From: an uncultured Candidatus Entotheonella sp.
Lineage (GTDB): Bacteria; Tectomicrobia; Entotheonellia; Entotheonellales; Entotheonellaceae
Assembly: GCA_965217185.1 (NCBI GenBank)
Contig: OZ244252.1
Location: 3,296,001 to 3,360,000 of the forward strand
Length of the DNA: 64,000 nt
Reading direction: 5' to 3'
Below are positions 1 through 11,673 of this stretch, piece after piece (position 1 is the stretch's first letter; every line of letters starts with the position of its first letter). The notes under the pieces were generated by a model. That model was not told where the DNA came from. It worked only from the letters and a program-made list of their open reading frames with translations, and searched no databases. A program made the translations under genes and the position numbers.

Positions 1-33
1 GGTGGCTCCTTCAAGTTTGGCGTTCCCCTGGCA

Positions 34-978
34 TTACCGAAGATTTTTATCCGCCTCAGCCAGAAACACGATGGCCGATGCCGTCATGTGCAGCATGTAC
101 GCCACAAGATGATTCGGCACGGTTGTCGGGGTTGTGCCTTGGCCGTGACCGCTTAATTTGTTGCGTCCGGTAGGCACGCCGCTTTCCAAAAGACTTCTCA
201 GGGACGAGTAGTGCGATTCCCAAAACGGCGGGATCAATCCGTTGTCGAAACACGCCTGAATCAAGGGCCTTGCCGTTGCACTGCTGCCATATTGCCAGCC
301 TCTCTTGCCGCAAATCGTTTTCATGACGCTCTCGAATGCTTTCAGGTATTCGCTGAGCGCTTCTTTTGCGTTCCCCTTTCGGTGGTGTTCGTGCGCTTTT
401 AGGAACTCTTCCTGGGCTCCGGCAAAGTGCGGTTGGTCGAGTAATTTGAGAGCAGGCTTAACAACTTCAGAATAAATAAATTCGGAATCTCTGCGGATAA
501 TCTGCCCATTTGTTAATTGATAGCCTATTCCATGTTCCTTAAATCTATCATTTAATTCCTCTATTGCACTATCAGCTTTTTCTGAAGGATTACGTCGTCC
601 TAGGTAATCTATATCTCTCGTAAATATATGTATAGCCTGAAAGGATAACTGTATGGCATCAATGGCTCTTTCAATATCTCTTTCTTTCATAAAGAAATCA
701 ACAAGATCTTCAATAGGTTCTCTGCTTCCATAATGCTGTTTTGCTCCAGGCAAGATAAAAACACCATATTCATGGCATAGAGATTGGACTATGAATTCAT
801 AGGTCTTCCCTACGCTTCTTCGCGTTCGTGCCTGATCTTGATTGCCAAGAACATCCATCCAGATATGAACAATCTGTACTCTAAGCGGTTCAGGCAAGTC
901 ATTGTATACATAAACGTCAGGAACCTCGCCTCGGAGTCTCTTCTGGCGCTTTGAGAATAAATTGATTATCGGCATCAT
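34..978 (-). CDS. AbiJ-like abortive-infection protein with C-terminal HEPN-type motif (STM4504/CBY_0614-like)
   Basis: 314-aa ORF, visibly AT-rich. N-terminus LFSKRQKRLRGEVPDVY; C-terminal RNKLSGH fits the HEPN R-x4-6-H motif. Lies directly downstream of the MTase gene. Confidence 0.7.
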   Translation of the reverse strand: MMPIINLFSKRQKRLRGEVPDVYVYNDLPEPLRVQIVHIWMDVLGNQDQARTRRSVGKTYEFIVQSLCHEYGVFILPGAKQHYGSREPIEDLVDFFMKERDIERAIDAIQLSFQAIHIFTRDIDYLGRRNPSEKADSAIEELNDRFKEHGIGYQLTNGQIIRRDSEFIYSEVVKPALKLLDQPHFAGAQEEFLKAHEHHRKGNAKEALSEYLKAFESVMKTICGKRGWQYGSSATARPLIQACFDNGLIPPFWESHYSSLRSLLESGVPTGRNKLSGHGQGTTPTTVPNHLVAYMLHMTASAIVFLAEADKNLR

Positions 979-2249
979 TTGTCCCTTCTACAGCGTTTGT
1001 GAACGGTTCATTTCTTTAACTTATGCAGGGCGAACTGAAGCTTTGAATCTTCAGAGTTTTCCCCCATGCGGTATTTGATGTCGTAGTTGATGATGAAGTC
1101 CAATTCTTCGTCGGTGAAGCCGTAGTGTTTTGCCAAAATGCGGTCGATCTCGTCAATGATAGGTTTGGATTTCTGTACCTTGAACGATTGGGTTTCTGTC
1201 CTGCCAGTGCTCTTTTGGTTCCGAACGAGCATCGTGCTATTCCTTCGTAAACCTGCAACATATTCCGTTCCCAACCGGTGTATTTCAGGGTCTTCCATTG
1301 CCGATTCTGGTACAGGGAAATGCTTCCAATCAGAAGGATTCAAATGCCTTAGGTTGGATGTTATTGTGTACCACCACCAGTACACGTTACTACTCAGTAC
1401 AGCTATCGCGGACTGCACGTGCATTTCCTTTAGCAATGCGAAACTCGTTTCCCTAGACGAATTGCCGGCAATTCCATTGACGTAAAATTCTGGAGCGAAG
1501 TCGGTAAATACTTTCCAATAGAGACCACCGTCAGTACGGTAGTAGACAAGATTGCTGGATCGCCCGGCATAATTCTCCATTGTTTTGCCAACTGAGGTGT
1601 ATTTTTTCAGTATCGAGTTCTCAATACGCTGTCCAAATTTTGGTGCCCAAAACACGTTTCGGCCTCTTGGACACCCTGCAAAGCTTATGGTGGTAGTCAA
1701 ATGATCTCGACTATCAGCGTTCCATTTGAGGTAAGCGGTGGAATGAGTAGCTCCTTTGCCTCTCGGACTTGCAATCACAAAAATAGTTAATGCGCGGTTC
1801 ACCGTGTCGAACAGTTTTCCCGGTCTCCAAGAAAAATTCGAGTACCAGCAATCGTGATCCTTCTCCAACATGCGCTGCAAGATGGTCATGCGTTGAGTAG
1901 ACACCAGCGCCAGGGGCACTATCATGCTGATGCCCCCACCCTTCACGCACAGGGCGAGACTGCGTTCAATACACATTCCATGGATGGCGCCGGATTCCTC
2001 ACACGCAAAATGTCGTGTTGAATAGGGGACCTCCCGTGTTTCCAGATACGGCGGATTCCCGATAATCACGTCAAACCCGCCATTGCGCATGATGCCGTAA
2101 AACTCGGCGAACCAATGAAAGGGCTGATGGCTTTCCCGCCACTGCCCGTATGCCCTCTCGTCATCCGCCTCAACCCCGTATTCGCCGGCCAGATAGCGAT
2201 CCAATTCCTCACGCAAGTCATTGAGACGTTTTCGCAACTCTTGTTTGTC

Positions 2250-3745
2250 GAGCCACTTGCAAAACTCCGCTAGTTTGGCCTCGGAGCGGTTGTCATGAGA
2301 CCGTACGGTGAATCATTTGCCGTCGGTGGTTCCAATTGCCACGAATTCAGCCATGGCGGTGCCGAGTTCCGGCTCCCGTCTTGCGATGCGGACGCAACTC
2401 TCCCCCCTGCGTACAGGACAGCAGCGCGTGCCGGGATGGAGGAAACGGGGCCGCGAGACCAGCTTCAGGTCACCAAGCGCATCAACTGATCAACCGTGAG
2501 CGCCACAATCCCGAACATCAGATGACACAGCACCTTGGCATGGCCGCGCACGCGCACGCTGCGACCTCCGAATTCATCCTTGAGGCGACCATTGACGCGC
2601 TCGACGGTCGAGCGTTCGTGGTAACGTCTCTCCTCAGACAGGACCAACCCACAGGCACGCCGTGCCTGCCTCTCCTGCCGCAGCGCCTGCTTGCGCGCGC
2701 CGCTGCGGGGGTTGACGTCGATGATCGCAACATGACCCAGGGCGCGGCTGTGGGCGCGGATTTCCGGGGCATCGTAGGCGCTGTCCATCAGGTCATACAG
2801 GTTGCGGACTCGCTCCGCCGTCAGGGTCGCCAGCGGGATGGCGACTTGGCTGTCGTGCAGCGACGCCGAGGTAAGCAGGCAACTGACCGGGATGGCGCCG
2901 TCGGCCGCGTCAATATGCAACTTGTAGCCGCTCCATGACGTCTGATAGCCCTTGGCGTCGCGCTTGACGCCAATGTCACAGGCGTACGGCAAGTCGGCGA
3001 GCATCTCCGGCAGGGTCATGTTGCGCTGGCGCTCCAGACGGCGCGGCTCCGTGGGGCGCTCCTCGCCCTTGCGCGGACGCCCGCGCCGCCGCTTCGGCTT
3101 GGCCGGCTGCGGCGCCTTCGGGGTCGGTCTCTCGCGCCCTTCAATCGCCGTCGAATCGCGTGAAATATGGCCTGCCAGACGCTCACCCTGGGTGCGTTTG
3201 ATCAGCGCCTCGTGCAGGTGGCTCGGCAAGGCGCTGTCGGCAAATTCGGCAAAGGCACGTGAAAACGTCGCCTCGCTCGGAATGTGCTTGACGCTACGCC
3301 AGCCGCACAACCGGCGCAGGGTGCTGTCGTGGCGCAGACGATCAAGCAACATCCGGGTGCTAACCAGCGCGAAGACGGCCTTGGCGATGAAGGCGCGGGC
3401 TAAGGCCGCGCGGTCGCTTGGCGGACAGCCGCGACGCCGGTGCTGGTACGGCAGCAGCGTTTCCACCCGCACCCATTCGAGCACCATGACGAAGCGCTGA
3501 TGGCGTTCCCCCAGCGCCCCGATCGTTTCCTCAAGCTGCGGGAACAGCAGCGCTTGAAAGCAAGACCAGTAACTCGATAGTATCTCACGTAAGGCCATTG
3601 GGGTCGTTCCTCCTGATTCGGTTGTTTGACAACTCAACAGAATCAGAAAGCGGCCCCAATGTCCACCAATCAGCCCCAGAGCCTGCCCCGTGCTTGACAC
3701 GGAGAAAGAAAATCCCACTCGTACACGCAATTCTGCAAGTGGCTC
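2250..3745 (-). mobile_element. IS element (IS5/IS1182-like DDE family), copy 1, apparently intact
   Basis: TIRs GAGCCACTTGCAAAACTCCG / GAGCCACTTGCAGAATTGCG (17/20 identical); 4-bp TSD TGTC at 2246-2249 and 3746-3749. Confidence 0.92.
2465..3598 (-). CDS. DDE transposase (IS5/IS1182-like)
   Basis: 377 aa from MALREILS; motifs SRDSTAI, GYKLH, LMDSAYD, RSTVERVNGRLK. Confidence 0.9.
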   Translation of the reverse strand: MALREILSSYWSCFQALLFPQLEETIGALGERHQRFVMVLEWVRVETLLPYQHRRRGCPPSDRAALARAFIAKAVFALVSTRMLLDRLRHDSTLRRLCGWRSVKHIPSEATFSRAFAEFADSALPSHLHEALIKRTQGERLAGHISRDSTAIEGRERPTPKAPQPAKPKRRRGRPRKGEERPTEPRRLERQRNMTLPEMLADLPYACDIGVKRDAKGYQTSWSGYKLHIDAADGAIPVSCLLTSASLHDSQVAIPLATLTAERVRNLYDLMDSAYDAPEIRAHSRALGHVAIIDVNPRSGARKQALRQERQARRACGLVLSEERRYHERSTVERVNGRLKDEFGGRSVRVRGHAKVLCHLMFGIVALTVDQLMRLVT

Positions 3746-5862
3746 TGTCGTTAGTGAATTTGCTGGCGTCCATGCCGTGCTCCGTCTGCATGTCGCGGAA
3801 CTTGCCAAAGGCGCGGTCAGCGATGGCGGCGTCTTCCTCGATCCGTCTCAGCTTTTCCCGCTCCTGCGGATAAAGCATCCTGTGCTGGCCGTCAGCGGTC
3901 AGGGTGAAGGTATCCTGAACCCCCTTCAGCGACGTGAAGCCAACGAGCGTGTTGCCCGCGCGAACGTTGAAGTCAATATCGGGCAGCGGCTCGATCTGTT
4001 CGTAGCTCTCCAATTCCGCAACGAGCTTCAGAAACAGTCGCAGCTTACAGATCTCCACCGCCTCTTCCATGATGTCCACGCCGTACAGGTTGGCGATGAT
4101 GATGGACTTGAAGATGAAGTAGCGTTCACTGGCATGCTCGCCAACCTGTCGCAACACCTTGCGAAAATCGCTCAATCTTTCCGGACCATGCTTGCGCTGT
4201 GAGCGTTCCAGATCGTCGAGAAAACCCCCCATGACCTCCAGGCACGCCGTGTAGAGCGGTTCCAGGATGTTGAGCGCGGCGAACAGGAAGGCGCCGGAGC
4301 CGCACGTCGGGTCAAGAACGGAAACCTGAGACATCGCCTTCCAGAAGGCGCGAACCAACTCCGGTCCCTCGCTCCCCGTGATCACGTCTTGGGCAAACGT
4401 CTCGATATCCAGGTTGTACGTAATCAGATCGTTGACCGACGTGACCGCGCCGGCGGCGAGCTTGGCGCGGATTTCCTCATAGCGCTGACGGCGGGCGACG
4501 TGCTCACGCCACGTTTCGGTGGGCAGGGCGTAATCGGATGGGGCTGCTTGGTTCCAGTTGCCGCGTTGAGACACGTCTTGCAAGCCGGCGGCTATCTCGG
4601 GCGGCAACTCGCGTTTGTCGGCAAGGGCTTCTCTCTTGTGGATGTCATACGTGATGCCGTGGCGTACCGCCTCGTAGACGTACCGATCCGGGTCCTCCGA
4701 CAACAGCCGCCACACGCCGCCGTCCGGCTTGAAGGCAATGGCGCATTCCTTTTGCGCCCGGTCGAACAGGAAGGGGAGGATGGTATTGCGGCTGATGTAA
4801 CCGGTGATGTCTTCCTTCGTGTAGTAGGCGCCCATCTGCTTCTGATTGACGTATTTCTCGAAGATGTAGCCGAGCACGTCGGGGTTGATCTCGTTGTCGT
4901 TGCGAAGCGGGCGGTCGTCGAGGTGCCATTGGTAGGCATCGAAGAAGGCGAAGATTTGGCTGAATGCCTCATCAGGGATATGGATGCGCGGGTTATCCCG
5001 CTCAAGATCGTGTACCTCAAAGAGGCCGCCGTTCAGGTAGGGGACCCGACCCAGCAGCTTGGCCAGCTCCGGCGAACGGTCCTGCGCAGGTTGGCTCAGT
5101 CCTTCGTGGAACAGGCGTAGCAGAAACAACCGGTAGAACGTCTGGAAGTGGTCCCTGCCGTGCTTCGCTTGCAGGTGTTTCAGGCGGTTGCGCAGGTAAT
5201 CGACGTCCCCGTCCAGAAAGCCGCGCTTCTGGATGAAGTAAATGAACATCATGCGGTTGAGCATCAGCGAGGCATACCATTCCCGGTCAGCCGCGGCGGT
5301 TATGCCGTCGATGAAGCCCAGGAAGGCGTCGTGTTCCTTCTTGAAGCGGTCATAGAATCGCTTGGTCACTTTCTCCACATCGAACGCCGCCCGCACCCGC
5401 CTCGAAACGTCCACGATGCCCAGATCCGCTTCCTCGTCCAGCGTGAAGACCAACTGCTCCAGCTTCTGGGTGAGTGCTTCGCCTGAATGGTCCTGATGGT
5501 GGATGTGCTGCCGCGACCGGTTGGGCTGACCCGGCTCGCGCTTGACCCACTGCCAGACCTGCCGATCGTTGTTATCAGTGGCGTAAACGATGAGGTGTTC
5601 ATGCACTGCCTTGGTGACGGCTCTCTCGATCTTCTGACGGGTGGGTTGATCCGGGAAGGCGCCAACCGAATCCGCCCTGTACTGAAAGACAACCATGCCG
5701 CGTTTTTGGGCGATGGCTTGCAGGGAGAACGTTTTGTCCGCGGCTGTTATCTCCATGCCTTCACCGCCGTGGTCCCAGCCAATCTCCTCGATGAACAAGG
5801 CTTGGAGGGTGAAATCCTCCAGGTGTTTCCTGACCCGTGGTCGGTCGAGGGGCGTCGGCATG

Positions 5863-8800
5863 TCAGTTTCCGTCCTGTTCAATGAGGCCCAGGGAACAGA
5901 TGAGACGCGGCTCCTGGCGTTCGTCTTCTTCGTGGACGCTGCACAAACGGTCTTCATCTCGGAGCGCAACGACCAGATCGGCTAGAGCCTGGTTGGGTAT
6001 CCCGCTGCGCAACTGCCGGTTCAGCGTATCTACGGCTGTCTGGCGTAAGGGATGGCGGTAGATGTCGTCGATGGCACGACGCAGCGGCTCGGTATCGAAC
6101 AGCGTGTCCTTGACGTCTTCGGCGTGGCCTTTGAGTCGTTCGTAGGTACGGAAGCGGGCGCCCGAAGGGCGGCCGAGTTGCCCGCCGACCTGCTTTTCCT
6201 CACGCGCAATGTGTTCCGCCCCACTGCGTACCAGGTCGTGGTGGGTCTCGTGACGCGGCAAGGCCGGCGTCTCGGGCGCGCAGGCTGCGGCACGCAGGAT
6301 GTCGAACTGGCTCTGGGTCACGTTCTTACCGTCGCGGTCGATCCAGGCCAGCGCGTCGTACCCTTGGGCGGTTTGCATGTAAACGAGCACTCCCGCCGGC
6401 TGCTGAGGTTGCGGCGGATGTGCTTTCGAGGCGTGCACGACCGACGGCAGGTTTTCGATCTTGCGCTTGAGGGAAGCGTCCTTTTCCGTTGCGTTACGCC
6501 ATATCTGATACGCATAAGAGGCCAGATCAACGTCGCTCTCATCCTCGGCATCAAGAATGCCGGCCTTTTCGTTATAGAGGTCAAGCACGGTTTTCGTGTC
6601 CTCGTCCTCGAAAAATGCTTCGTCCGTTCCAACCACCTCGGCGTTTTCCCGCAGACGTGTCCGCACACGTTCTCGCAGCCGGATCAGGCGCTCGATCCCC
6701 TCGGCTGGGAGAAAGGAATAACACAGGATGCCAGGCGCCTGCTGACCGATGCGATCCACCCGACCGGCGCGTTGGATCAGGCGGATGATCGCCCACGGCA
6801 GGTCATAGTTCACCACGATGGCGCAGTCCTGCAAATTCTGTCCTTCGCTGAGTACGTCAGTTGAGACCAGGACGCGCAACTCATCGTCGACAGGTACGTA
6901 TCTCTCCTTGCCATTGCTTATGGGACTGAAGCGCCACGCTACGCCCGTGGGGTCTGCGGTATCGCCCGTGACCGCGGAGACCCGTGTTACGCCACGCGCC
7001 CGAAGCTGGCTTTCCACATAGTGCACCGTGTCGGCGAATTGGGTGAAGACGAGAATCTTGTGCTCGGGATGCTCGCTCACGAGCATTCTCTCCAGGGCGT
7101 CCAACTTGGCGTCGCTGGCCGCCTTCCACCCGCCGAACCGGACCAAGAGCCGGCGCAGGGTCGTGGCGTCGGCGGCGAGGTCTTTACCAAGATTCGCTAC
7201 AAAGTGGTGAGCCGCCAGCCATCGAAAGCGCCTCTTGTATCGGCTGGCGTAGAGCCGGTAGACATCAGCGGCTCGCTGGCGGAAATCAGCCTCACTCCTC
7301 AGTGCGATCGCTTCGCCCTGCCCTTCATCTTCTTGCCCATCTTCCGTATCGAAAAAATCCCCGACGCTTCCATCTGCATCTTGGTCGAAGGACTGCGTAT
7401 CCAAAAGTCCGGCATCGGTCGTCCCGATGGGGAGCGGCAGGCCGTTCTCGATAGCGTGAAGAAAAACGAAGTTCCTGAGGGCGTGCCGTTCGACCGACAG
7501 CAAGAATGAATGGCCGCTGCTTTCCAGACGTTTGAACAGATTGGTGCGGCAGAAGCCCATGAGGCGTTTGCCGGCGTGCGACAAGTCAGCCAATATCCGG
7601 GCCTCGGAATCCGTGGGCGGCGGGGACGGCGACGGCTTTTCGTAATTGCCAAGACCGTAGCGTGGGAGCTTCAGACCATTTATGGCGTCCACCACGTCGT
7701 CCGCGAACAATTGAGCGTATTGCGCATCCATGTTGAACGGAAGTGTCTTCGGGATTCGCGTTGGAAAATAGAACCGCTGGCCGTCTTCGAAGCTCAAGTA
7801 TTTCCGCCCGTCCGTTTCGTCGGTGTCAGCATAATTCTCCTGGATAAAGTTGCGCGTCCGGCGCACGAGATAGAGCCGCATCAGGTCACGCCAATCGTCG
7901 GCGTATTGCGACTGCTCAAAGGCAGCCAGGGAACGGACCGGTGCCTGATGCCGGCGCACGAATTCTGTTTCGCCGATGTCTCGCAACAGGCGTTCGGGAC
8001 GAATTCCCAAGTCGTCGTGCTCGGGAACGAACAAGCGAAGCTGGCTGGAGAGGTCCAGATAGGTCTTGTTGTAGGGCGTCGCCGACAGCAGGATGCACAT
8101 ACTGTCGTTTTCTCTGACGTATTCCTGTATGGCTCGGTATCGCCGACCTTCTCGGTTCCTCAGATGGTGGCTCTCGTCGATAAGCACCAATCGGTAACGG
8201 CGCATATTGGGCAATTGGCTAATGACTTGGCTGATCGACAATACGCGAGCCTTCATACGGTACTGCTCGCGATAATCCTCCCACATCGGAACGAGATTCT
8301 TCGGGCAAATGATTAAGGTCTCAAGTCCGTGATCGTCTTCAAACACACGTGCCAGAGCAGTTGCCATAAGCGTCTTGCCCAGCCCGACGACATCACCGAT
8401 AAGGACACCGCGACGTTTGTTGAGGTGGTGCGCGGCGATCTTCACTGCCGCTGTCTGGAAATCCAGAAGTTTGTTGCCGAAGTCTTTGGGGATGCGAAAC
8501 TCGCTCAGACCGATTCGTGCCTCGCGTGACAGGTGGTAGGCTATTTTGACGTAGACCTGGTAGGGTGAAAGCAGTTCTTCTTGTGCCCAACTCTCCCGGA
8601 TGATGTCGATAAGTTCCTGCGAGATATCAACACACCAACGGTCGTTCCAACGATCTTCAAACCAAGCGGTGAGTTTCTGACAAGCGTCATGGTCGAGCAC
8701 GTCTACGTTGAGCTCGCCCTGATTGGAAAGACCGGCCTGGGTCAGATTACTGCTTCCCAGATAGCCGATGATGGGGTTGACCGGGTCGGACCGGAACAGA

Positions 8801-9237
8801 AGGTAGAGCTTGGCGTGGAGCGGGTGTCTGAGGAAGAGCTTGACGACGACCTTCTTTGCTGCAAGCTGTCGCGCCAGCCTGCGCAGACCGGCTTCGTCCC
8901 CATTGGTTGGAGTGCCCAGGGTCAGTTGTTCCCGAAATTCCTCCGCAAGTCTCTTCTTGAGCCGAAGCGCCGTCTGATTATCAAGTCCCGGCCGGTCTCC
9001 CAACAGGCTCTCGGCCATACGCAGTTCTTCATGCGGTAGTCGCTGCATGCCGACCAGCAGGCGGCAGCAATGCCCCTCACCTTCATTCCAATTTTCTATG
9101 TGCTGATCAACGGACCGCCAGCCGCGAAGGTTGAAGTACCCCACGCAGAAGTCCGCTCTCGATGACACAGCAAGCGTTTCCTGGAGTGCGTCGAGGAATC
9201 TGGAGTTGGCTTGCAGATTGTCGAAAACTCGTGGCAT
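5863..9237 (-). CDS. PLD-family (HKD) nuclease fused to SF2/SNF2-type helicase
   Basis: [15 protein letters not shown] motif; Walker [30 protein letters not shown]. Confidence 0.9.
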   Translation of the reverse strand: MPRVFDNLQANSRFLDALQETLAVSSRADFCVGYFNLRGWRSVDQHIENWNEGEGHCCRLLVGMQRLPHEELRMAESLLGDRPGLDNQTALRLKKRLAEEFREQLTLGTPTNGDEAGLRRLARQLAAKKVVVKLFLRHPLHAKLYLLFRSDPVNPIIGYLGSSNLTQAGLSNQGELNVDVLDHDACQKLTAWFEDRWNDRWCVDISQELIDIIRESWAQEELLSPYQVYVKIAYHLSREARIGLSEFRIPKDFGNKLLDFQTAAVKIAAHHLNKRRGVLIGDVVGLGKTLMATALARVFEDDHGLETLIICPKNLVPMWEDYREQYRMKARVLSISQVISQLPNMRRYRLVLIDESHHLRNREGRRYRAIQEYVRENDSMCILLSATPYNKTYLDLSSQLRLFVPEHDDLGIRPERLLRDIGETEFVRRHQAPVRSLAAFEQSQYADDWRDLMRLYLVRRTRNFIQENYADTDETDGRKYLSFEDGQRFYFPTRIPKTLPFNMDAQYAQLFADDVVDAINGLKLPRYGLGNYEKPSPSPPPTDSEARILADLSHAGKRLMGFCRTNLFKRLESSGHSFLLSVERHALRNFVFLHAIENGLPLPIGTTDAGLLDTQSFDQDADGSVGDFFDTEDGQEDEGQGEAIALRSEADFRQRAADVYRLYASRYKRRFRWLAAHHFVANLGKDLAADATTLRRLLVRFGGWKAASDAKLDALERMLVSEHPEHKILVFTQFADTVHYVESQLRARGVTRVSAVTGDTADPTGVAWRFSPISNGKERYVPVDDELRVLVSTDVLSEGQNLQDCAIVVNYDLPWAIIRLIQRAGRVDRIGQQAPGILCYSFLPAEGIERLIRLRERVRTRLRENAEVVGTDEAFFEDEDTKTVLDLYNEKAGILDAEDESDVDLASYAYQIWRNATEKDASLKRKIENLPSVVHASKAHPPQPQQPAGVLVYMQTAQGYDALAWIDRDGKNVTQSQFDILRAAACAPETPALPRHETHHDLVRSGAEHIAREEKQVGGQLGRPSGARFRTYERLKGHAEDVKDTLFDTEPLRRAIDDIYRHPLRQTAVDTLNRQLRSGIPNQALADLVVALRDEDRLCSVHEEDERQEPRLICSLGLIEQDGN

Positions 9238-9360
9238 AGCTGTCTTTTACACGGTGGGAAGATTTTCGATTGCTGCGCTGGGTTCCCGCTCAAAGGTCCG
9301 GCTAAACTCACTTTGACGATCGTTTGGCGGCAACCGGGAATCCCCGTCGGAAGGAGAACG

Positions 9361-11673
9361 TCAATCTCCTTCTGCCTGGGCCGCCACTTCGACTGTCTCC
9401 AGCGGTCGCTTGAGGGGAAGAGCAATCCGCATCTCGGTGAAGGCGCCTTCCTCGGTGTCGAGGGAGATCGTTCCCCCATGGCGGGTGAGGATGTCCATGG
9501 TGAGCGAAAGGCCGAGCCCCGTTCCTTCGCCTGGGGCCTTTGTGGTGACGAAGGGCTCGAAAATCCGTTCGCGCAGCTCCTGTGAAATGCCGGGGCCGTT
9601 GTCGCGGATGCAGATCTCCGCTTGCTCCTCCAATCGGCGGGTGGTGACACGCAATTCCGGCTCATAGTCCGGGTCGTTCGACGTGCGGCGTTTTTCATCA
9701 AGGGCCTGGTAGGCGTTTGTGATGAGGTTGAGGAATGCCCGACAGATCTCCTGGGGAACCACTTCAACCATGCCGATTTCCGGGTCGAGGTCCTGGCTGA
9801 GCGTCGCGTTGAACCCCTGACCATGGGCGCGCATCGAGTGATAGGCGAGATCAACGTATTGCTTCAACAAGGCATTCAAGTCCGTCTCGCGCCAGTCCCC
9901 CGGCGCGGTGCGGGAATGTTCGAGCATGCTGCGTACGATGCCATCGGCGCGTTCGCCATGTTCCTTGACCTTCTGAAGATTCAGCCTGAGGTCCGAAAGA
10001 ATAGGCTCGATCTCGCTGGCAAGGTCGCCTTCCTCCCGGTCCTTGATTTCCGTCATCACCTCGCCAATCTCATCAATCAGCTCGACGGAGACATCAGAAA
10101 AGTTGGTTACAAAGTTGAGCGGGTTCTTGATTTCATGGGCAACGCCGGCCGCGAGTTGACCGAGCGATGCGAGCTTTTGCTCAGCGACCATCTGCTCCTG
10201 CATCTTGTGGAGATTCTCCAGAGCCTCTTCCAGGGTGCGGTTTTTCGCGTCCAACTCCTGGGCCAACTTCTCGACCAGATTCAGCCGCTGTACTTCAAGG
10301 GCGTGGCGCCGGAACACCTCCAGGGCGCCGGCCATGTCGGCCACCTCATCATGGCCCCGCACCTCGACAGGCACCTCCAGGTCGCCACTCGCCATGGAGC
10401 GCATCGCCGCCGCGAGCCCGACGAGGCGGCGGATCAGGTAACGTCCCACGAACAACCAGCCGATGAGGAGAGCGGCAGAGATACTCAGAATGTTGACCAG
10501 GGTGAGGAGCAGCCGACCGGTTCGCACAGCGGACTGTGAGGCGTTGCTTACACTCACGGCCTCGTCGTTGACATCCGTCACCAAGTTGTTCACCGCGGTG
10601 AGCAGCAAGACGGAGGCCTCACGCCCTCTCGCGAACGCTTCCTGCTCCTGTTCAAGCCGGCGCAGGACTTCCCGACGCAGCGTGATGATTCCCTCGCCGG
10701 ATTCCCCCAGGCGCGCCAGGCGCTTCAGGTTTTCACCGAGGGCGCTGTCAGGCATCCGGACCGACAGCCTCGCATAGGCCCGTTGAAAATTCTGCACGGC
10801 GCTGCGGAAACGACCCTGCAGAATCGGCAAATGGCTGCGGTCGGAAAGAAACAGGGCGTCCCCCAGCAGCAGCGCGGCGAGGTTGACTTGATGATTCACG
10901 GTGACCAGGTCCCGGTAATACGCAAGCTCGGCCTCGGAGGCCCGCGCCTCGATGGGGCTTGGCTGGTCCTCCAGGCGGCGCAACCCTTCTACCATGTAAA
11001 ACCCCTGGTCGTCGGTGGCGATAATGAGGTGGCGATCGATGAGTCGATTCGTCTCGGCGAGCTCCTCCTTGAGTCGTTCCAGGGTGCTATCGATGGCAAG
11101 ACGCTGGGCAGCCGATTCTTGGATCTCTCCCAGGTAGAGATCAATGTCGGCAAGCTGCCCCTCGATATCGGCAAGGTGCCGCCCGATGTCGGCGAGATGC
11201 ACGCTGTCCAACCGAGTCTGCCCGCCGAAGAGGGAGCGGGTTCCGAGCTCGCGGGATTCAAGATCATACGCACGGGACTCAAGCTCGAAGATCAGGTCAC
11301 CAAGGAGGGCCCGCTCCTGGGCCAGCTCTTCGGTCACGGCCTCATGCTCTTCCAGAGACGATGCCGCGATGAGATGGAGCGCTCCGTTGACCACAATGCC
11401 GCTTTGGCGCGTCACACCCACCGCACTGCTCAGGTTGGGGATGCCGGATTCCGCGAGTCGGGAGCCGTGTTGGAGAATCTCGTGGAAGGAATAGTAAGCC
11501 ACAAGGCTGGCGCTCAACGTAAGGAGAACACTGACCAAAAGGCATAGAAAGAACTGCTGACCAATTTTGAGGTGCAGCCAACTGCGCGTTTCCGGCTTCA
11601 CCCCGTTCGTGGCAGCAGAAAATTGCGGCGTGGGCGTTCCGCCAAGATCAGAGGCGGGACGATTATTCATCAC
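9361..11673 (-). CDS. Membrane sensor histidine kinase with HAMP domain and large helical (TorS-like) periplasmic domain
   Basis: Two TM segments, HAMP (GDLEVPV..DEVADMA), H-box AHEIKNPLN, N/G boxes NLITNA, DNGPGI, GTGLGL. Confidence 0.9.
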   Translation of the reverse strand: MMNNRPASDLGGTPTPQFSAATNGVKPETRSWLHLKIGQQFFLCLLVSVLLTLSASLVAYYSFHEILQHGSRLAESGIPNLSSAVGVTRQSGIVVNGALHLIAASSLEEHEAVTEELAQERALLGDLIFELESRAYDLESRELGTRSLFGGQTRLDSVHLADIGRHLADIEGQLADIDLYLGEIQESAAQRLAIDSTLERLKEELAETNRLIDRHLIIATDDQGFYMVEGLRRLEDQPSPIEARASEAELAYYRDLVTVNHQVNLAALLLGDALFLSDRSHLPILQGRFRSAVQNFQRAYARLSVRMPDSALGENLKRLARLGESGEGIITLRREVLRRLEQEQEAFARGREASVLLLTAVNNLVTDVNDEAVSVSNASQSAVRTGRLLLTLVNILSISAALLIGWLFVGRYLIRRLVGLAAAMRSMASGDLEVPVEVRGHDEVADMAGALEVFRRHALEVQRLNLVEKLAQELDAKNRTLEEALENLHKMQEQMVAEQKLASLGQLAAGVAHEIKNPLNFVTNFSDVSVELIDEIGEVMTEIKDREEGDLASEIEPILSDLRLNLQKVKEHGERADGIVRSMLEHSRTAPGDWRETDLNALLKQYVDLAYHSMRAHGQGFNATLSQDLDPEIGMVEVVPQEICRAFLNLITNAYQALDEKRRTSNDPDYEPELRVTTRRLEEQAEICIRDNGPGISQELRERIFEPFVTTKAPGEGTGLGLSLTMDILTRHGGTISLDTEEGAFTEMRIALPLKRPLETVEVAAQAEGD

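Larger units (their letters stand above)
1008..5861 (-). pseudogene. Eco57I/type IIG-like N6-adenine methyltransferase-specificity protein, interrupted by an IS at 2250-3745
   Basis: 5' part has motif I VLDPTCGSGAFL and YYTKEDIT; 3' part has motif IV FDVIIGNPPY. Removing the IS plus one TGTC restores one frame (..KFTND-KQELRKRLNDL.., 1117 aa). Confidence 0.9.

Noticed and set aside
3585..3745. C-terminal tail of the 794-aa MTase ORF and N-terminal extension of the 447-aa transposase ORF
   Set aside because: Read-through across the IS boundary at 3745; not native protein sequence.
5863..9237. Calling the defence locus DISARM or BREX
   Set aside because: No DrmA/DrmB (DUF1998), PglZ or BrxC genes in the window; sequence left of position 1 is not visible.
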